A stretch of 64,000 nt of DNA. It comes from Eledone cirrhosa (taxonomy: Eukaryota). The notes beneath the pieces were generated by a model. That model saw nothing but the letters and a program-made list of their open reading frames with translations, searched no databases and had not been told where the DNA came from. The DNA lies in the NCBI GenBank assembly GCA_964016885.1, contig OZ024750.1, positions 45,632,001 through 45,696,000 on the forward strand, read 5' to 3'. This document shows, piece by piece, positions 59,046-64,000 of this stretch. Made by a program: the position numbers and the translations under genes. Each line of letters opens with the position of its first letter. Position 1 is the stretch's first letter.

Positions 59046-59693
59046 GAAAGACTTGTACGAGCACAGATTGCTTTGGTTTAATGAAAATGTTTCTGGGCCA
59101 ACATGCTAGCGAGAGTTCTTCACAGAAATCATTCCCTCGGCGAATAATAGTAGACATACATTACTTTAAATATAAGAATGGATGACGTGGATAATGTAGT
59201 TTAAGATATAGGTCGAATACAAAAAGAAATGAGAGGATGGCTATGTCTGGAATTCATTTGATATAGGTTTCCCTGATTAGTGCCGACCTGGGCAACCACA
59301 CCCCTGCACAACGAAAACAGCAGCAACAATAACAACACCAACATTAACAAAAGACTTCCTCTCCACCCGTTTGAGGACAACCATGTTAAATGAGCTCTTC
59401 AGATTGAAGGAAACTCCATTATTCAACAAGCTATCTCTCTCTCCCATTCTCTCCTTCTTTCTCTTTCTCTCTATCTCTCCACTCTCCACTCTCTATCTCT
59501 TTCTCTCACTCTCTCCCTCTCTCGTCCAGACTAAAATAGGTGCACATGCCACAATGCAAACATACATTTGGTAAGTTTGGGTAAGTACTCCGAGACATGT
59601 TTTGTTCCATAATTCTTTGAGTGTGTAATGTGTGCAAGCGAGATTATAGTTGATACTATAACATCATCAGGATATATATATATATAAATAGAA

Positions 59694-59761
<68 letters not shown>

Positions 59762-60453
59762 GTTTTAACATATATGCTTAGCTCTGGGTTTTTAACTATT
59801 GAGCGCTTGCCAGCATAACTCTCATTTTGCGTTTCCTTTCGCTTTTTCTAACCGCCGAAATGCGATTCTCGCTGAATTTAGATTTATATATAGTATTAAA
59901 TATTAGTATTATATATTATATATATATATAGTATTAAGTATTAGTATTTGCTTCTCATCTTTAATATTTCTCTGCACACAAGCTTCTTTATCATACATAA
60001 AAAAGTACTTTACCAGTACAACCCACATAATACTTTTGTTTACCCGCTTAAAGTGCTTGTTTTGCATATAACACCTTGCCGCACATTAATCTTATATAAA
60101 TAAGACACACGTGCATGCCCCACGTGTAACTATTGCATACACTAACTACTTCAAACTATCCTCTTGCATTATCTTCGTAAACTGCCGATGTTGTATTTTA
60201 ACTTTAATTTTGTTTTAATTTTCTTTTAATATGATTTTAATTTTTGAATGTAAATTGCCATGCTAAAATATTATAATGGATGTCACCCCACTGTGCATCG
60301 ATATATACATATGTTTCTGGATGTCTCTTGTGTTGGAAAGGAGGTCATGTATGTAAACAATCATTGAAAAAATTCTCCGAAGACACCAAACCTCGGTTTG
60401 GACGAAACAATTGTAAGCTAATAAATGGTTTGAACAGAACTTTGATTCATGTG

Positions 60454-60534
<81 letters not shown>

Positions 60535-60569
60535 TTATTTTCTACTGTTTCCATGAATGTTTTTATTAA

Positions 60570-60670
60570 TACGGTGGATAAAATAAAGTACCAGTCACCC
60601 ACTGGCGTCAATTTAATCGACTTTCCATCCCCCAAAATTGCTGGCCTTGTGGCAAAAGTAGAAATCATTC
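60570..60670 (+). mobile_element. SINE 3' fragment
   Basis: GATAAAATAAAGTACCAG...GCTGGCCTTGTGGCAAAAGTAGAAA. Confidence 0.7.
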
Positions 60671-61388
60671 TTTTCAGTGTCAATATGTTTGAATATATAC
60701 ATACATACAAATATATACATACATACGTGCATAAATACACATCTCACACACACAAACCCAAACACATACACTCCCGCACTCATATATGTGTGTGTGTGGG
60801 GGGGTGTATGTATGTATGTATGTAGGAATATGTTTGTGAGTTAGTGTACATTAAATCTGACTCATCATAGATTTATCCTCTTTGTCTCTCTACTGTCTCT
60901 CCTTTCTCTCGCCTTTCACAATCTTTCTCTCCTTTTCTCGCCTTTCCGTCTCTTTCCCTCTCTTCCTTCCCCTCTTCTCTCCTCTCTGTTGTCAACACAA
61001 CATTCCGTGACATTGTGTCACAAACATGAGCTCAAAAAAATAAATAGTTTAAAGTGAAAGTCTTTCACCTGTGCGGATCTGTTGGGTCCGTCACGAAATT
61101 GAACCGATAAATGACAAGACATGGTTTGTGAAATATCCTTGATTCTCACCCCCATTGGTTTCAATGTAAGCCATTAGAGAAAAATCCGTGAGTTGCTAGC
61201 AGCCATTTTGTCTCACAGTGTCAAGTTGGCTTCTGGGGCTTATTTCTATCTATTTATTTGTTTTTGTTATTATATTATTTTGTAGCCGATATGGTGGCTA
61301 ATAGCAATCTCCACACGTTGTTTGTATGTTTTGCAGCCGAGTAGTCAATAGTTACAATGCTTGCATGGTTATAAATGCATTGGTACAC

Positions 61389-61472
<84 letters not shown>

Positions 61473-61478
<6 letters not shown>

Positions 61479-61534
61479 GTAGCAAATCATAGAATACATA
61501 CATTCATTCATACGTACACAGATACACACACACA

Positions 61535-61573
<39 letters not shown>

Positions 61574-61650
61574 ACGCACACCCACACACACACATATATA
61601 TTTAGCAAATCATAGAATATATACATTCATTCATACGTACACAGATACAC

Positions 61651-61683
<33 letters not shown>

Positions 61684-61725
61684 TATGTAGCAAATCATAG
61701 AATACATACATGCATACGTACACAG

Positions 61726-61764
<39 letters not shown>

Positions 61765-61812
61765 TAGAGAGAGAGAGACACACACACACACACATGTATA
61801 TATATATATGTT

Positions 61813-61896
<84 letters not shown>

Positions 61897-62192
61897 AGTG
61901 TGTGTGTATGTGTGTCTATGTGTCTGTGTGTGTATGTGTGTGTGTCTGTTTGTGTGTGTCTGTGTACGTATGAATGAATGTATGTATTCTATGATTTGCT
62001 ACATATATATGTGTGTGTATACGTATGAATGAATGTATGTATTCTATGATTTGCTATGTGTGTGTGTGTGTGTGTGTGTGTCAGTGTGTGTGTATGTGTG
62101 TCTATGTGTCTGTGTGTGTATGTGTGTGTGTGTCTGTTTGTGTGTGTCTGTGTAAGTATGAATGAATGTATGTATTCTATGATTTGCTATAT
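61473..62192. repeat. Three direct + three inverted copies of a ~50-bp motif embedded in (CA)n/(TG)n
   Basis: TAGCAAATCATAGAATACATACATTCATTCATACGTAC x3 (61473-61730) and its reverse complement x3 (61960-62192). Confidence 0.85.
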
Positions 62193-62728
62193 ATGTGTGT
62201 GCGTGTGATAGTTTATGTGTGTGTGTGTGTGTGGGGGTATGTTGTACGTGTGTGTATGTTGAAGTGTGATTAGATGTATATATTTATAATGATCTTATGC
62301 GTTCATGTGTGTTATTTAGTTTACAAAATACAATTGCTAACATCTTACCGTATCAAACCTATTTTTCGAAGTATAACATGGTGTACATTGTATGTATTGT
62401 TTGGTGTTTCCATTTATCATTGTATCACGTTCTCTACATGTTGTTCTCTCTCGCTCTCTCTATCTATCTACCTATCTATCTATCTCTTTCTCTATCTCTC
62501 TCTTTCTCTTTCTCTATCTCTATCTATCTACCTCCATCTCTCTCTCCATCTCTCTCTCTCTTCTTTACTCTTTCTTCACTATTTACATATTCCTCTTCTC
62601 ATACACAAACAACCGCACATACAACCCCCCCCCCCACACACACACACAAATAAAATAACAATTACACACAGAGAGATACACACACGTAAACAGATCACAT
62701 AAACACACGCACACACACACGCACACAG

Positions 62729-62800
<72 letters not shown>

Positions 62801-62965
62801 AAGTTCAGCAGAAGCAAGGGGGACAACCGTCTATGCCTTTCAGGCTTAACTGGCAACTGCTGAACTAGAAGACAGATGAGAATATATACTTTTCTTGTCG
62901 GTGTAAATGAGGTGATTAATCTCATTTGCATATGAAGCTGCACGAGTTGGCTCAACTTATAATAA

Positions 62966-63296
62966 AAAAGAAATAGGATTTCGCTTCAAGCTTAGCTTTA
63001 TACAATATGTATAAATATTTCGTATCTCCAAAGAAATACGGTTTTAGGAAGCGGTAGCTATGCTGTCTTCTAGACCAGCAGTCGCAAGCGGTGGGAGGGA
63101 CCGTCCTGACGAAGGCCAGTTAATCCTGAAATGCATAGATGGTTATCCCCCTTGCCTCTGCTGGACATCACCAGAGGGCGTTAGCCCCCCCGGTGTTTGC
63201 ATAGCTACGGCTTCCTAAAAACGTATTTCTTTGGAGATACGAAATATTTATACATACTGTATAAAGTTATGCTTCAAACGAAATCCTATTTCTTTT
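62966..63296. mobile_element. ~330-bp element with ~98-bp terminal inverted arms enclosing a GC-rich HHR (family F)
   Basis: 62966-63063 versus 63199-63296; followed by (TA)n. Confidence 0.85.
63100..63143 (+). ncRNA. Type-I hammerhead ribozyme (family F)
   Basis: ACCGTC-CTGACGA-AGGccagttaatCCT-GAAA-TGCA-TA-GATGGT. Palindromic ATGCAT, triplet AUA; stem I extends (CCAGCAG..GCAAG..GGGA / TCCC..CTTGC..CTGCTGG). Confidence 0.88.
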
Positions 63297-63365
63297 ATAT
63301 ATATATATATATATAAGAAATAGGATATATATATATATATATATATCTATATATATATATATCTA

Positions 63366-63444
<79 letters not shown>

Positions 63445-64000
63445 TATTTTTTTATATATATATATAAAATTGAATGATTCTTAGCGAGATGGGTAGCTGC
63501 AAACAGCTGATTGCTATATGTATAAGTCGGATTATTATATGGATAAGTCGGGTTAAGATATAATCACATATTGAGCGGAGGAAGTGAGAGAGGGAGACCT
63601 CATTCTTGGTTTTCTCTTTTTCTCTTATCTTCTCTCTCTCCCTTCCTCAGCTCGATATGTGGTTACATCTTAACCCGACCTTTTACTATATTTGTAATAA
63701 GCAGTAAATGAATACTTATGTTGTATATATATATATATATAAAATACGTAGTTTAGAAAGCCACAACAATGCAGATGGGAAATCTCGAGGTAGGAAGTGA
63801 ATGATAGATAGGAGAAATAGGAGAAAGTGAAAATTGAGAGAGACAAAGATGAAAACAAAACAAAGGTAGAAGGGTTACCGTAGTGGAGATTTAATCCCAA
63901 TATTTCGGGCTCACGCCCATCAACGGGGGTAAGTTCCAAAAAGGGGGGGAACAGGCTAAGCCGGAGAAAGTTGTGATGTCGTTAAAACAGGAATGCCGTT

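Noticed and set aside
63670-64000. 89-aa minus-strand ORF / possible exon at the window end
   Set aside because: No recognisable domain; runs into low-complexity sequence; cannot be evaluated at the edge.

Overview
AT-rich, microsatellite-saturated eukaryotic DNA with no convincing host protein-coding gene. The repeat landscape suggests an octopus/cephalopod genome (inference). Almost all listed ORFs are translations of simple repeats. The one real ORF (24591-25940, +) is a 5'-truncated Penelope-like retroelement (RT + Zn-finger + GIY-YIG, Naiad-like). The main signal is non-coding: about 20 minimal type-I hammerhead ribozyme (HHR) motifs, intact or relic, from at least 7 unrelated sequence families. 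They lie in short elements sitting in (TA)n tracts, mostly arranged as tail-out inverted repeats. The best example is a near-perfect 312-bp tandem array (36019-38063; 5 direct copies plus ~1.5 inverted) with one HHR per monomer, a candidate non-LTR retrozyme / circular-RNA locus. Also present: >20 copies of a tRNA-derived SINE (all six target-site duplications I could read start with ATTAT), two hAT-type MITEs, an intron-containing tRNA-Lys(TTT)-like gene, and several minisatellites. Coordinates and pairings were read by eye; no folding or database search was run.
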